Source: Phaeosaccion multiseriatum (Eukaryota; Protista; Ochrophyta, other classes). From it: DNA of 64,000 nt. Location of the stretch: contig OZ218951.1 in assembly GCA_965112735.1 (NCBI GenBank), positions 558,001 to 622,000 of the forward strand. Direction: 5' to 3'. This document shows positions 23,326 to 36,068 of the stretch, one piece after another (position 1 is the stretch's first letter; each line of letters opens with the position of its first letter). The position numbers and the translations under genes were made by a program. The notes under the pieces are model-generated. The model was given only the letters and a program-made list of their open reading frames with translations. It was not told the origin of the DNA and ran no database searches.

Positions 23326-24944
23326 TCAACAAGTGCATACGGAGGCGTCCGGAGCGGCCTGCGCACAGGCGGGCAGGCTGCCCTTGGCGTTGCTAATGAC
23401 GACATTGTCCAGCGTCACCGTCTCGTACCAGCGCGTAAAATCCCCCGCGATCCTTAGCTCCTGAGAGAGAGAGAGAGAGGGAGAGAGATCATTAGATTAG
23501 AGACAGAGACAAAGAGCGAAAAACGAAAGGGGGTGGTCGGCACCAGCCGGCACGCCATCGGGCCCATGGCGCAGCTATCGGCGATCGCTCAATAGCGCAT
23601 CAAGGGTCGACCTTACCGTGAGACCGCTTAGCACCTCGATGAGCTCACACTTGGAAGGGGCCTTCCACGCGGTCAGCGTGTTCTCTGGGTCTTTGAGCCA
23701 GCCGCTGCCCTCCTTAAGAGGGAGGGAGAAACGGGTGGCTCTGCCATCAAACCCGCCCGTCTTGGTCAGGGGATAGGCTAGAGTCACACCCGTCTTTTTG
23801 GCACACTTCTCACAATACAGCTCCACGATATGCAAGTCCGCATGGCCTTGTGTGATGGAAGAAAAGTCCCCGGCAAAGGAGCCAATGTCAAAGCTGAGCT
23901 GACCTCCATAGGCTATCCCCCAGTTGCCCTGGTAGGCCTTTGGTGCTTTGAAGGACCACAAAGAACTGTCGTCGCCACTTGCAGTGTCTGCGTGGATGAG
24001 GCCATCACTTCCCGAGACAAAATACGACATGAGGCCTCGGCTGCTGGGTTCAAAGGCAGCTCTGCTGCATTTGGCGGCCTGAAGGGGTGGGGGAGGGTGG
24101 AGGAGGGTAAGCCAAGGGCGAAGGAGTCTTGTCTCACTCAGTGCCTGGTGGGCTTGCTCCTCTGGAGGGGAGGATCATCTTTGACTGATTTACTCCTTGC
24201 CTCCGCCTGCCCTCCCTCCTCGGGGACCGTATACTTCTCTGTCCCTCACCTTTCCGCTTGTGGGCATGGTGCGTTGACAGACGCTCCACGTCTCGTGGCT
24301 CAGGGCGAAGTCACTGCTCACCAGTGCCCCCGACGGAGGGACGAGGTACACAGTACCTGGCTGGGACTGGCTGCTGCTGGCACTTTCGCTCACCGTGTAA
24401 GTGAAGGTCGTCGCTCCAGTCGAAGACGCTGAGAGGAAGGGATGGGGGGGGATCGGGCGGCAGGGCGGGAATGCCGTTGTGAGTCAAGGGTGTCTTCTCA
24501 CGTGGCACATTGAGAAGAAAGCTCAAGGAGTGAGGCGACGCACCAATCAAGGGGTGAGGCGACGCACCAACATGCACAACAGTCGTTCTTCTCGCACCCT
24601 CCTCAGCGCAAACAACACGCACCTGCAGCGGGGGGTACGTACAGCACACGCCCCGCCCCATCGCTGACCCTGTCTCCACTGGTGATGGCTGTGCCTTGCT
24701 TCGGCTCATAGCCGTAGCTGCTGTAGATGCTGCTCAGCTGGTACAAACTGCCGCCCTTTGGGAGACTGGCGATTGTGTAGGCCAGGCTATCCCCGTCTAG
24801 GTCGAAACCAGGAAGCCGTACTACCACCTCGCCGCCCGCAGGCACGACAACGAGCGAGTGTAGCGCAAGGGGCGTGTTCTCCGCCGTACACACCAAACCA
24901 CCACGGAGCAAGCAGCAGAGAAGGACCGCGTAGGCAGCCACCAT
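23326..24944 (-). CDS. Secreted protein with an Ig/cadherin-like (Big_9-like) domain and a laminin IV type A (Laminin_B) domain, 4 exons; start may lie further upstream (up to ~25151)
   Basis: Signal-like MVAAYAVLLCCLLRGGLVCTA; LPGFDLDGDSLAYTIASLPKGGSL...FTYTVSE..SQPGTV; laminin IV-A motifs WSFKAPKAYQGNWGIAYGGQLSF...LIEVLSGLT|ELRIAGDF..VTLDNVVI; ends CTC*. Confidence 0.75.
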
Positions 24945-25254
24945 CAAGGACAGGGATCGAGGGCGGCTCCTTGGGCTTGACCACCCCGCTGAGGTGCTCT
25001 TCGCTGTCGCTTGGCCTTGTGATGCACGTCTGCGTCTCCTCCGGCTTCCCCTCGTGCTGTCGCTGATGCTGTCTCCGCATGGGCTGCCACAAGCTTTGCA
25101 TGACGGCATCGTCATTTGGAAATCGGAAAGGCTTGTAAATAAAAAAACCAATTCGTTCCGTTAAGTGGAGATTATGTCACGAAAATTCATTGACTTATAA
25201 TCGCGATTCAAAATCTCCAGCGTTGGTATCTCGGGAAAGGAAAAAGAAAAAGAC

Positions 25255-27455
25255 ATGCTGCAGGACGAGGGCGTACGGGCCGACGCAGAGGAGGACGAGA
25301 CGGGGCTGCGTCTGTGCTGGGTGAGGCAAGGCGAGGGGAAGAAACAGCAGCGGCAAGGTACGGCTGACCACAGCAGCAGCTCCAGCAGCAGCAGCAGCAG
25401 CACCAGGAGCACCGGGGGGGGCAGCTCGAGGGGACTCGGTGCAAATGGATCGGAGGCACTAGAAGAATTGGTCGTCACGGCGGTGTGCGTGGATCCCAAC
25501 ACCGCAGAGGATACTCTGGGAATATGCTACTCGGACGGGAGCTTCCGGGTGCAGCCCATGAGCACCGCAGCTGCCAAAGGCCTCGGGGCGCGTACGGGTG
25601 AAGCGGGGGGAGCAACGGGGGTGGAAGCCGCAGAAGAAGAGCAAGGTGGGGCGGAGTATAGCGTCTTTTTGTCCACCTTGGCGGTGCCCCTTCCTCCTCC
25701 GAGTGGAGAAGAAGCCGGGGGTCGGGATTGGAGACGCATAGGCGGGCACCTGTCCTCCTCTGAAGCAGCAGCAGCTGCGGCGGCAGCGGCGGGAGGCGGC
25801 CCGCCCACCTCTTTCCTCGACCCCCTCCCTCCCAAGAGAGTGAACGAGGCATGGCTTACTGCCAGCTTCATCCCGCACTTCCCGGGCCGTCTCGCCTTTA
25901 TCCAGGGCCACTCCAACCGAGTCATGCTCACTTCGCTGCCGCTGCCCACAAGCGAGGAGGAACAGATTCAGCAGGAGCAGGAGAAGCAGATGGGGCTTCG
26001 CAGTAGCAGCAACTGGAGGAGGGGCGTCGAGGGCAGCCGGGTGCATCTGCTGGGAGGGCACGAGGAGAGGGTGCGCTGCCTCACGGTGTGTAAGCAGGGG
26101 CGCTTGCTGTTGTCTGGCGACGACGCGGGCGTAGTGAGCTGCTGGAGGCTGTCAAGCTCTGCCTCTGCTGAAGAGGAGGACGAGGAGGAAGACGACGAGG
26201 AGGAGGACGGCGACGAAGACGAAGCTAGGCAGTGGGGAGGGGGGAGGAGGGGAGTCTACTTCCAGGATGATAATGACAGAGCCTCTCTTTTGGAGGACCT
26301 CAGCGAGGGTAATGAGAGCGGCCCTTCGTCAGGGGGGAGTGTCTACAACGCCACTGCAGTCGCCTGCTCGGGGCCCGTCCTGGCTCTGGCCTGCGTAGAG
26401 ACCGACCCTCAGCGGCAGCAGCAACAGGAGCAACAGTATGGCAGCAGGAGAGGCGACGACGTGTTTGCCACTGCGGGTGTGGGTGGCCAGCTCAAGGTGT
26501 GGAAAGCTTGTTGGAGGAAGGACTCTCCTCTTGCTCGGGGTGGGATGAGAACGGAGACAGGGACGGGCGAGTTGAGGTTGGAAGAGCTGTTCTGCATCCA
26601 GCTCGGGGTGCAGATCACTAGCCTCGCCATTGCTGTGGACTGGGAGGGAGGAGTCGCTGCCAAGGACAGCGGCATCATTGGTAGCAGCAGTAGCAGTAGC
26701 AGCAGCAGCAGCAGCAATAGCAGTAGTAGTAGTAGTAGTAGTAGTAGCAGCAGCAGCAGCAGCAGTAGCAACGGTGATATGATGGCGGGAGTGCGTCTGG
26801 CGGCGGGGACTGTGGACGGAGACGTGGTCAGCTACCGCCTGAGGCTGGACATGGAGTCACAGCGGCACCTGCGTCGGGTACGGCAGTTACGGAAGTTGCG
26901 GCAGTTTCGACAACAGTCATTCGGCGCGCAGGGGGGCGGGTTTGGAGGCGGGAGGGGGGAGGAGGCCGAGGATGAGGAGGAGGAGGAGGAGGAGGAGGAG
27001 ACGAAGCTGCTGGCGATGCTCTGTGTGTTGGAGGGGAAGTTGCAGGACACTCGCGAGCCCATCGCCAAAGTGGCCTTCTCTTCCAAGGAGGCGCTGCTCA
27101 TCGGCGCGGCGGCTGATGGAGTGGTGCGCATGTACCGCCCACCCTCACAGAAGCACACTGCCATATCACCAACTCCTGCTGCTGGTGGGTGTGGTGATGG
27201 CGCCGAGGAGAGCGGCAAGGCGGGGCCTGAGCAGCGGGGAGGGCCGCAGGAGTGGAAGCTTGTCGCTCAGTGTGACATGGGCTCGTTCCCCGCCACCGCG
27301 CAGTTCCTGCTTCCCTTGGCCACGCGTGCCTTCGGGCAGGACGGAATGAGGAGGAAGGAGCAGCTCCTGGCCGTGGGCATGCGAGGCATGGTGAAGGTGT
27401 GGCCCACAGCGGCGCTTCCCAAGAAGGCCCGAGCTGTGCCGCAGCAGTTCGTCTT

Positions 27456-27488
<33 letters not shown>

Positions 27489-29889
27489 CGTGGTGATGGG
27501 GGGTGGACGGTCGCAGAGAGAGGGCGAGGAAGACGAGGACGAAGGCGTCCCGCGCTCTGCGCCTTTACCCCAGCCTTTACCGCAGCCTTTGCCGCAGCAG
27601 CCCGACAACCAGAGCAGTCGGACGGCGACCTTCGAAGGTGGTGGTAGTGGTGGTGGTGGTGGTGAGGGCAACGTGGCGCTTGATTGGGCGATGCACGGCG
27701 GCGAGTACGATGAAGCGGAGGAGTCCGATGAGGGTGGCGAAGAAGACGGCGCGTATGATAGTGATGGCGACAGCAGCAGAAGCAACAGCAACAGCAGCAG
27801 CAGCAGGAGGAGGAGGAGGAGGAGGAGGGGGAGGCAAGGCCGGCATGAGCGCGTCGTGAGCTTCTCGGAGGAGCCCCCTCGGGTCCACGTCATTCCTCCC
27901 CAGCCACCCCCCGGGGCTGCGGTAGGAGGGACACGAGAGAGCGCTGATCGGGGCGATGCGGGTGGACTTGCGCAGCAGTCGCCAAGACGGGATGGCAGGG
28001 ACGAGGGCAGTGACAGTGAGAGAGATGATGAGGACGAGGAGGAGGGAGACGACAAGGAAAACGCCTCTGGCAATACGATCAAGCGTTTCAGCGAAGGGGT
28101 GGCCATCAGGGAGGGGAGCAGCAGCGGCGGCAGCAGCAGCGGCAGCAGGGGTGATGGGAGTACAAGCAGTAGTGAGAATGGGAGAGGGAATGGGAGCGGG
28201 GATGGGAGTGTGGGTGGGGCCGGAAATGACCCTGACACGTTTTTCTTCGACGTGGTTCCGTCCGCGCTGCAGGAGCCTTCTCTGCTCTCCTCGTACGCCC
28301 TTCAGGAGGCCTTGGCGCGTGAGATGGGAGGTGAGGGAGTGAGCGAGCGAGGGAGGGAGGGGAGGGAGGGAGGGAGTGGTAGAGTCGTTTAGAAGTGCAT
28401 TTACGATGGCACGATTTTCATCGCCCCCCCCTCCCTCGCTCTCACACGCCCTATCCTTCTGCAACCCCCCTACCCACGGCTTCCTTCTCTCCCTCCCTCC
28501 CTCCCTCCCTCCCTTCCTGCCTCCCTTCCTTCCCTTCCATCCTTCCTCCCTCCCTTCCATCCTTCCCCCCTCCCTCCCTTCCTTCCTTCCCTTCCATCCT
28601 TCCTCCCTCCCTCCCATCTTTCCGCCCTCCCTTCCTCCCTCCCTCACCCTCCCTCCCCTCCCTCCCTCCCTTACCCTCCTTCCCTCCCTCCCTCCCTCCT
28701 TCCCTCCCTCCCCAGAGGAGTTCGACGCTCGGGAGGCCGAAGAGGAGCTTCGTAGAGGGGAGGCATCGGGGCTGCTGCTGAGGAGGGAGACTGTGGCTGC
28801 GGCAGGGGCGGCCGTCAACGTGCCCCTCGGGGAGAAGCAATACTCGGGCCTGGTCAAGGTGTGTGGGCGCGTGGGCGTGGGCGTGGGCGTGAGTGCGGGT
28901 GCGCGCACCGACTCTCTTTGTGGCGTTTTAACTGTGGGCGGTCATACCCCCTTTTCTATGATACTCCTACTCACAGACTCCTGCTCCCCTCTCCTCTCCT
29001 CTCCATGCAAAACGGTGCAAATTGTGCCAACTGTGTGGCAAAAATGTCAAAATGTGCAAATGTCCTCCTCTTTCAGGTGAACCTCAGCGACGTGGACGTG
29101 CCGGAAGGTCGACCCAGGAGGGTGAGAAGGCAGATACGCCAGCCACCGCAGGAAGGCAAAGGAGGAGAGGGGGGGGGAGGAGGAGGAGGAGGAGGGGGGG
29201 AGGGCGGAGGAGGAGGCGGACCGGGGACTGCTGCTGCTGATGCTCGGAGAGACGCGCTCAACATGACGGAGGTAAGGGAGAGAGGGGGGCACGGTGGCGC
29301 TATATGCCTCTAGAATATCCCGCCATAGGATGATAGGATGATAAGTGTTTGGGGCAGACACACCAGCCTCGTCGCTCACGTCCGTATATGTGCCCATATG
29401 CCACATAAATGCTCGAATGCAATGCAACGAATGCATCAGGCGGACCTTCGCTTCGGCATCCCCGGGGGGGTGGAGCCTGTGCATCGCTCAGACAACTCCC
29501 AAGCCGTCTCGGTGGGGGCACAAGAGCTAGGTCAGTAAGTCAGTAACAGCGTCAGGGCTTGGTCAGTAATAGTGTCCGTTCACCACAGCCCTGTTCTCGC
29601 CCTCTTTCCTCCTCTCTCATGTGACTGGTGCTGCCATGCCTTGACGTCTCTTTCTACTGCTCCTCCTATCCTCCTCTCCTCATGTGTTCCTCTGTGCCTC
29701 CCATCCTCTCTCCCCCACTCCCCATTTCCCGCCCATATACCTCCATCCATCCACCTGCCTGCAGGCCTCTCCGACGCCGACCTCATCGCCTTTGCAGCGG
29801 CTGCAGACTCGGACGTTTCATCCGCAGAGAAGATGATGGGGGTGAAGGGCATGTGGCAAGAGCGAGACCTCTCATCGGCCTTCGGCTGA
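25255..29889 (+). CDS. Large WD40-repeat protein with low-complexity insertions, about 5 exons
   Basis: First exon >3 kb with WD motifs (LGGHEERVRCLTVCKQGRLLLSGDDAGVVSCWRL; FATAGVGGQLKVWK; IAKVAFSSKEALLIGAAADGVVRMY). Downstream GT-AG exons end ...ERDLSSAFG*. Confidence 0.75.
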
Positions 29890-29958
29890 CTGGCTGACGA
29901 AGGAGTGACGGAGGGGAGCGAGAAGAGGGGGGAGGGGCTTGGTTTGCCTGCCTGTCTA

Positions 29959-29992
<34 letters not shown>

Positions 29993-30431
29993 TACGTGCC
30001 TGCCTGTCTACCTGCCTGCCTGTCTACCTGCCTGCCTCTGTGTCTTTTCTGCCTAGACTGTCCGTATCATTGGTTTCTTCTGCTCGGACTTGGTTTTGGA
30101 TTTTTGACTTCTGTCGGGTAGGAGCCCACAACGGCGGAAGGGGGTTTTCTGGAGGAAAGGCAGGGGGGCGAAAGCGAAATATAACTCAGGGGCGGGCGGA
30201 GAGATTCGTGCCGCTCACACATACGCGAGAGCAAGGTGAGCCTTTGGCTTTGTTGGGGAAACTGTCGACATCGTACGAGCACCTCGATAAACTGTGCAGC
30301 CATTTGCCAAAAATGCATTCTGTGTTCGATTTGATGGAAGAGGACAGCTTCTTCGCGAGCAATGCACTACACCGTCCTACACACACAGATTGAGGGGCGG
30401 GGCGGTGATGCCATTCACTCGCCCCCAGCAT

Positions 30432-30650
30432 CCCCGTCCTGACACCAGCTACACCTCGAGAGCTGCCTGCCAACAACCCCGTCCTGACACCCGCTACACC
30501 TCGAGAGCTGCCTGCCAACAACCCCGTCCTGACACCCGCTACACCTCTAGGGATGCCTGCCAACAACCCCGTCCTGACACCAGCTACACCTCTAGGGATG
30601 CCTGCCAACAACCCCGTCCTGACACCCGCTACACCTCTAGGGATGCCTGC
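30432..30650. repeat. 45-bp minisatellite, about 4.9 copies, overlapping the stop codon of the coiled-coil gene
   Basis: Unit CCCCGTCCTGACACC(A/C)GCTACACCTC(GAGAGC/TAGGGA)TGCCTGCCAACAA in direct tandem, no spacers. Confidence 0.95.
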
Positions 30651-33178
30651 AGCTCCTCGTAGGCCCTCCGCTGCTCGTCTTGCGCTTTCCGCAGACGCTC
30701 GATCATCGCGTCCTCGTCGCTGGGAGGGGCGACGGCAGCAGATGGGCAAGATCAGGAGAGGGGGGGGGGGGGGTAGCAGGTGGTCGGTCCAGACAACAGG
30801 AGGAGGGGCAGGAGGGAAATAGAGGCGGGGCAGGGTGGGTAGGGTAAGAAGATGAGAACGGAAGGGCATGCAGACGTTCATGCTTTCACGCAACCGACCA
30901 TTCAACACCCTGTTTATTCCTTTCTTGTCATCCTTCGCCGAGCCATCATGTTGTTGTATCACCAACTGCTGTACCACGACCGCACTACACACTTTGATAC
31001 TTACGCTTCCATCTTTGCGATTTGCTCGACGGCGGCCTTGGCCCTGGCGGCCTCTCGCTCTAGCCTCGCCTCGTACTCCCTCTGCTGCCTTCTCTTTCGC
31101 TCGTCCTCCTCCTGCTCCTTCTTGAGCTTTGCCACTTCTCTCCGCTGCCGCATCACTTCGTTGCGCTTGCGGTTGTCCTCCATCTGAGAAGGACGGAGTC
31201 GCACGGCACACACGCGCGCGAAAGCACACGCACAAATACACACACGCACACACACACACACACGCACACACACACACACACGCACACACACACACATACA
31301 CATACATACAAACCCACCGGTGCATGATTGTTGGATGTCCCGGTCAGAGAGATATTCGTGATGAAGAGGGGATGTGCGAACGAGGCCATTTCGGGCGGCT
31401 CCCTTGGCGCTAGGCCCTCACTGCTGGGCTGGGCGGTCGCCTAGTAAACTGAAACTGAAACACGTGCGTACCTGCTTGGCGCGAACCTCCTCGTAGTTCA
31501 AGAGCAACTCCTGCTTCTCCTTCCGCGCCCCCTGCGCTGCGGCCTTGCGCGCCCGTGTCAGCCCCTGGGCGAGAGCGAGAGAGAGAGCACAGGGGGGGGG
31601 GGAGTGAAATACACGCAGCAGGGCCCACTATAAGCAAGGATACGTGCACAGGACTCTTTCCGACTTGGGCCGCACGCACCACCTCTTATCCCACCCACAC
31701 ATGACGCAAGGGTCCACCTCCACTCTTCCTTACCCTCTCCCTCCCTCCAAAGCATCCCTCCCTCCCGGATCCTTCCCGAACCCCTCCTGGACCCCTCCTG
31801 GACCCCTCCTGGACCCCTCCTGGACCCTTCCTGGACCCTTCCGGACTCACACCACACCCACCTGCTTGGTGGCCTCTAGCTGCTTACTCTGCACGCTCTT
31901 GGCCCTCTGGATGCGCTGCTGCCCTTCCGCGCCCACCTTGTGCTGCTGCTGCAGCTGGGCCTCCCTCTTCCGCTCCTTGTCCTCGTTGCGCCGCTTGTGC
32001 TGGAGGATTTCCTTGGCACGTCTCCGCGTGTCGTCGACCTTGCGCTGGGCCTTCTCCTCCTCTGCTCGCAGGTGCGCCAACCTGAGGCCCAAGAGGGACG
32101 GCATAACGCAGGAACGGAGGAAGGAAGGAAGGAAAGAGAAGGGATGGAGGGGAGCCCGTGCATTCAGGGACGAAGAAGAGGCGTCAGTCGCAGGAGCTCT
32201 GGCCGGGGGGAGAGGTAGTGGGAGGAGGTTGGTGGGGCAGCAGCAGCCGATTGATCTTCACTGTCAGCCCGGGCACCCATGACACCATGTCAGCTCCCTT
32301 GTGTTGCCGCCCTGTACAGCCATGGACAGCCCGCCGCCAACAGACCCTCCTCCTGCCCGCTTTGCCTCCTCTGCCTTTAGGTGGCCCTCAAGGTCAATGG
32401 TTCCTCGGGTCGGATTTGTCTCTTCTCTATCCTCTCTTTAGCTGCACCTTACTGAGACAAGGTTTGGGCTCTGTACCGTATGTATACCTGTTGGCCAGCA
32501 GCTGCACATCTGCCTCTGCTCTCTTTCGGTCATTCTAATAGGGGAGGCAAGCGGCAGCAGAGCGGTAGAGGGAGAACAGCAGTACACGATTGAAGTGGAG
32601 TCAGCGGACGTGTAAATAGAGCAAGGTTGTGGGGCAGACAAGCAGCATGTATGGGGGAAGAAGAGCGGTGGACGGCGGGGACAGGAAGGAACCGGAAGGC
32701 ATGTGCTCATGCCTCTCCCACCTTGGCAACGAGCATGGCGCTGCTCATCTTCGCCCCTGTGCTAGTGGAGCTGTTGGACCGTACGGACGCATTTCCTGTG
32801 GAAGGCCTCCGCTGCAGTGAGGGAGGCTGCAAACAGAAAGGCAGGGGTGGCACAGAGTGGGCAAAATATTGAAGCGAGTGTGAGGGACGGAAGTATAAGA
32901 TGGAGAGAGGGGAAGATAAGGGAGAGGGGGGAGGAAAGAGCCTAACCAAACATGGTCGTGGACGGGAGAGGAAAATATCAAAGAGAGATTGGGGGGAGAA
33001 AGAGAGAAAGGGTTGTCTCAAAATTTGAATTACAAGTCCAATTACACCCTAGCTCTCAGATCACCACACCCCAGCAGTCTTCCCTCACCTTTAGACTGCT
33101 GCTGCTTCCCTTCCTGGCAAGGGTGGTGCCCACCGAGGGCTTCTCCTCCGTCGCGGGCATTGTAGAGTCTTGGACCAT
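30629..33178 (-). CDS. Conserved-looking coiled-coil protein of unknown function (about 7 exons)
   Basis: MVQDSTMP..|..MSSAMLVAK|[16 protein letters not shown]|[26 protein letters not shown]..|..YEARLEREA..|[29 protein letters not shown]. Resembles, from memory, a protist 'QLLxNRIxxLxxEEExA' coiled-coil family. Confidence 0.75.
31780..31845. repeat. Intronic 11-bp tandem repeat (ACCCCTCCTGG)n, about 6 copies
   Basis: Seen directly in the sequence. Confidence 0.9.
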
Positions 33179-33830
33179 ATATGCACGGCCTTCGCGGCTC
33201 CCACGAGGCCTGTCCAGCTGAGGCCGCCAAGGGCAAGGGGAGAGGAGGAACCGCTGTCGGTCAACTTTCTACAGGAGGGGTATTATACCGCTCCCATAGC
33301 TTGTAAGAGGGGAGGAGCACAGAGATTCTGTAACGGAACCTGCCAGGAAGGTTGGTGGTCCTTCTCAACAAATGACAACGCATAGGACCTAGGGCACCAG
33401 CGTTAATTTCGGGTCTCTATCGCGCGAATATGGAGCCCACATCCCATTACAACAGAGCCCACAGCTGCTCGTATAATATAGGAACCCGTCCGACGCGTTG
33501 CCCGATTAGCTCAGGAGAAACCGAGGAGGAGGACCAGCGCCCTTCCTTTTGAGACCTTTCCCCCCCTCCCTCCCCTCGTCTCTCGGATATCCCTTGAAGA
33601 CATTCAACGAGTAAGTGGTTCATGGGAGGAAGGGTTTGCCGGCTGTGCGGGTGCTTATGCCCTGATGCGATCGAGCACTTCTATCTTGTCATGCTGTCGT
33701 AGTCTCTGCTGCGAGTACTTTAAAACCCGAGGATGTTGGAGGTCAGGAAGGTGCACGTCCTGATCCCGCCTCATCCCCACTCCCGCGCTCTCTTCTTCTC
33801 CTTTGACTATTCCATGCAGTGGACACCATT

Positions 33831-34588
33831 ATGGCTTTGGACGTCAATTCTTCCAATGTCGATTGGCTGGATGAGCAAGGTGCGTCGTCTCTCAGTCCTC
33901 TCTCTCTCTCTCTTTTAACCCCCCTCTCTCCAAGAAAGAGTGCTTGTTGAAGCTCAAGCTCTGCCCCACTCTTACCTTGCTTGCGCCTCTCGTTGACCGC
34001 GCGCAGTCTTCCCGTACTGGAACCAGGCAGTGAAATACGAGTCCGTCTGGGAAGTAGTCGAATGGCTTATTCAATCAGGTAAATGATTCTCCACACGCGC
34101 CTTTTCCCTCCTGTGCCTAATCTGCCTTGCTCCCCCCCCCCTCCTCCTTAACCTCCCCTGATCCCCTCCCGGTTTCGACTCCCTCCCCTCCCCACGCAGA
34201 TGCCATCCTCGCCAATGTGGTTCTGATTGAGATCGTGGAGTTCAAAGTAGTGTTCCGCAAGATGCGAGCCGCGGTCAAGGAGGCGCTGGCCTGTCCGCCC
34301 CCTCAGGGTCCTCAGGAGCCGGGCAATGGCAAGACCGGCGGCACCAACAATCGCCACAAGAGGAAGAAGAGCTTTGCCGCAGGCCACGATGCCGCGAATG
34401 AAGCAGCTGCAGTAGTTGGTGATACAGCTAGAAGTGCCAACAGGAGAGGCGTCGCTCCCTCAACCCCACGCGCAAAGCAGGGGAAGGCCCCCTCCTCGCG
34501 ACCTCCTCCTCCTGTCGCTGCTCGAGGGAGAGGCCTGGGGCGGCGAGGCATGACGCCAGGAGGAGGGTGGTCAGGAAAGCGCGCATGA
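33831..34588 (+). CDS. Small hypothetical protein, exons 33831-33879 and 34200-34588, with a probable 5'UTR intron
   Basis: MALDVNSSNVDWLDEQ|DAILANVVLIEIVEFKVVFRKMRAAVKEALA...KRA* joined by a phase-1 GT-AG intron; basic low-complexity tail. Confidence 0.5.
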
Positions 34589-35451
34589 TGATCGACTCGG
34601 ATCTCGCTGTGTTGGAATGGTTGTGAAGCCTGAGCAAGCTCCTTCCCCGCGAACAGCATGGAAGCATTTAATGCGAGTTACTCTACTCTAGCATTCTCAC
34701 GCCATAGACAGAACCCAACTGCCAAGGGCAACAGGATCGCAAACAGAGGGCAACACGGGCCAGGAAACTAAAACTCACGTTGTGCGCCGACCCACTGCAC
34801 GGACAAGTAGTCAGACACATTCGAGGCACGTCCCGTGTGTGCGCATTTTCGGTCGCAGCGCTTTTGACAAGGTTAGAGGCCAAGTGAGGCGTTGAGTGAT
34901 GCAATGGCCGCTTGGTGAGCTCTCGTCTCTCGTCGTTGGCCCCATACACATTCCCCGCAGTGGGGGGGAGCTATCACCCCTCACCCTCCTCACACAAATG
35001 TATCCTTTCATCATGTAAATAATATAAAATTAGGATGCCTATTGCTTGATGATGTATCAGCAATCACCCAATAGGGATCTGTGCACGTCCTTGCGTGTTT
35101 CGGTGTATTGTTTGCGTGGAGAGGGTGGCTCCGTTCTCTCTCGCTCCATGTGCTGCAGCCACAGCCAACACCCGCCCAGTACACAATCACTGCCCTCCCT
35201 CCCACCCGTGTTTGTCTGAGGCGGCTCGGCTCTGCTCGGCTCGGCGCTGCTCCGTCCTAAGGGTGGGCTCCGTGCAGGCGATGCTTCAGGGTATGTCCCT
35301 TGTCCTTCTCCGTCCGGTCCCTGCACGTCCGTATACCTCACCTCAGCGCGTGCCTGCAGTGCCGCACCCTCGGTAAGAGCCTCTGCCTCAGCCTCAGTGT
35401 ACGCCTGTGCCCCATTTTCAAGTGAGGCTCTCCGTCGGTGTACATCAATCA

Positions 35452-36035
35452 TCAGTACATGTCCTGCATCTTCTTGAACTGCACCTGGTCCCGCAGGTAC
35501 TTCAACGCCCCGACGAAACAGTAGTGCTGGAACGTCAGCCTGTCCAACGTGGAGCGGGTCTGGTGCATCTTTTGCTTAGGACCCGGGGGCAGCTGCGGCA
35601 GTATAGAAGGAAAGGAGGGGGAGAGGGGAGAGGGGGCGGGATACAAAAGAAAATAAAAGAAAAGAAAAGAACAGGATGTGGAGAGAGAAGGGGCGACACA
35701 TGAAAGGAGAGAGGACACAGCATGGGAGACCGGTGAGAAGAGGGGCAGGGGGGAATGCCTTCTTCTGGCCGCCTCATTCTCTGCGAGACGCCTCGACAAG
35801 GCGGGGTGGTCTGGTCTGACTTGGGTCCGAGCGCACCCCAATAGCAGCACACTCACCGCAATCATCTCTCCGACGGCGAAGCTGAAGTCCGAGGTGCGCT
35901 TCAGGCTGTTCTTCATGGCTTGAGAGCCCGTGGGAGCCGACTTCTTGACGTTAGAGTGCAGCAGCACGGGAGGGGCTTCGTCCCCCCTCAGCTGAGACAG
36001 ACAGACAGACACACAGAGACGTGACAGATACATGG

Positions 36036-36068
<33 letters not shown>

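Noticed and set aside
30432-30650. CRISPR-like array
   Set aside because: Units are contiguous tandem copies without unique spacers, there are no cas genes, and the context is eukaryotic.
33831-34588. ORMDL-like protein (the N-terminus DVNSSNVDW looks similar)
   Set aside because: The downstream sequence lacks the multiple TM segments and conserved ORMDL motifs.
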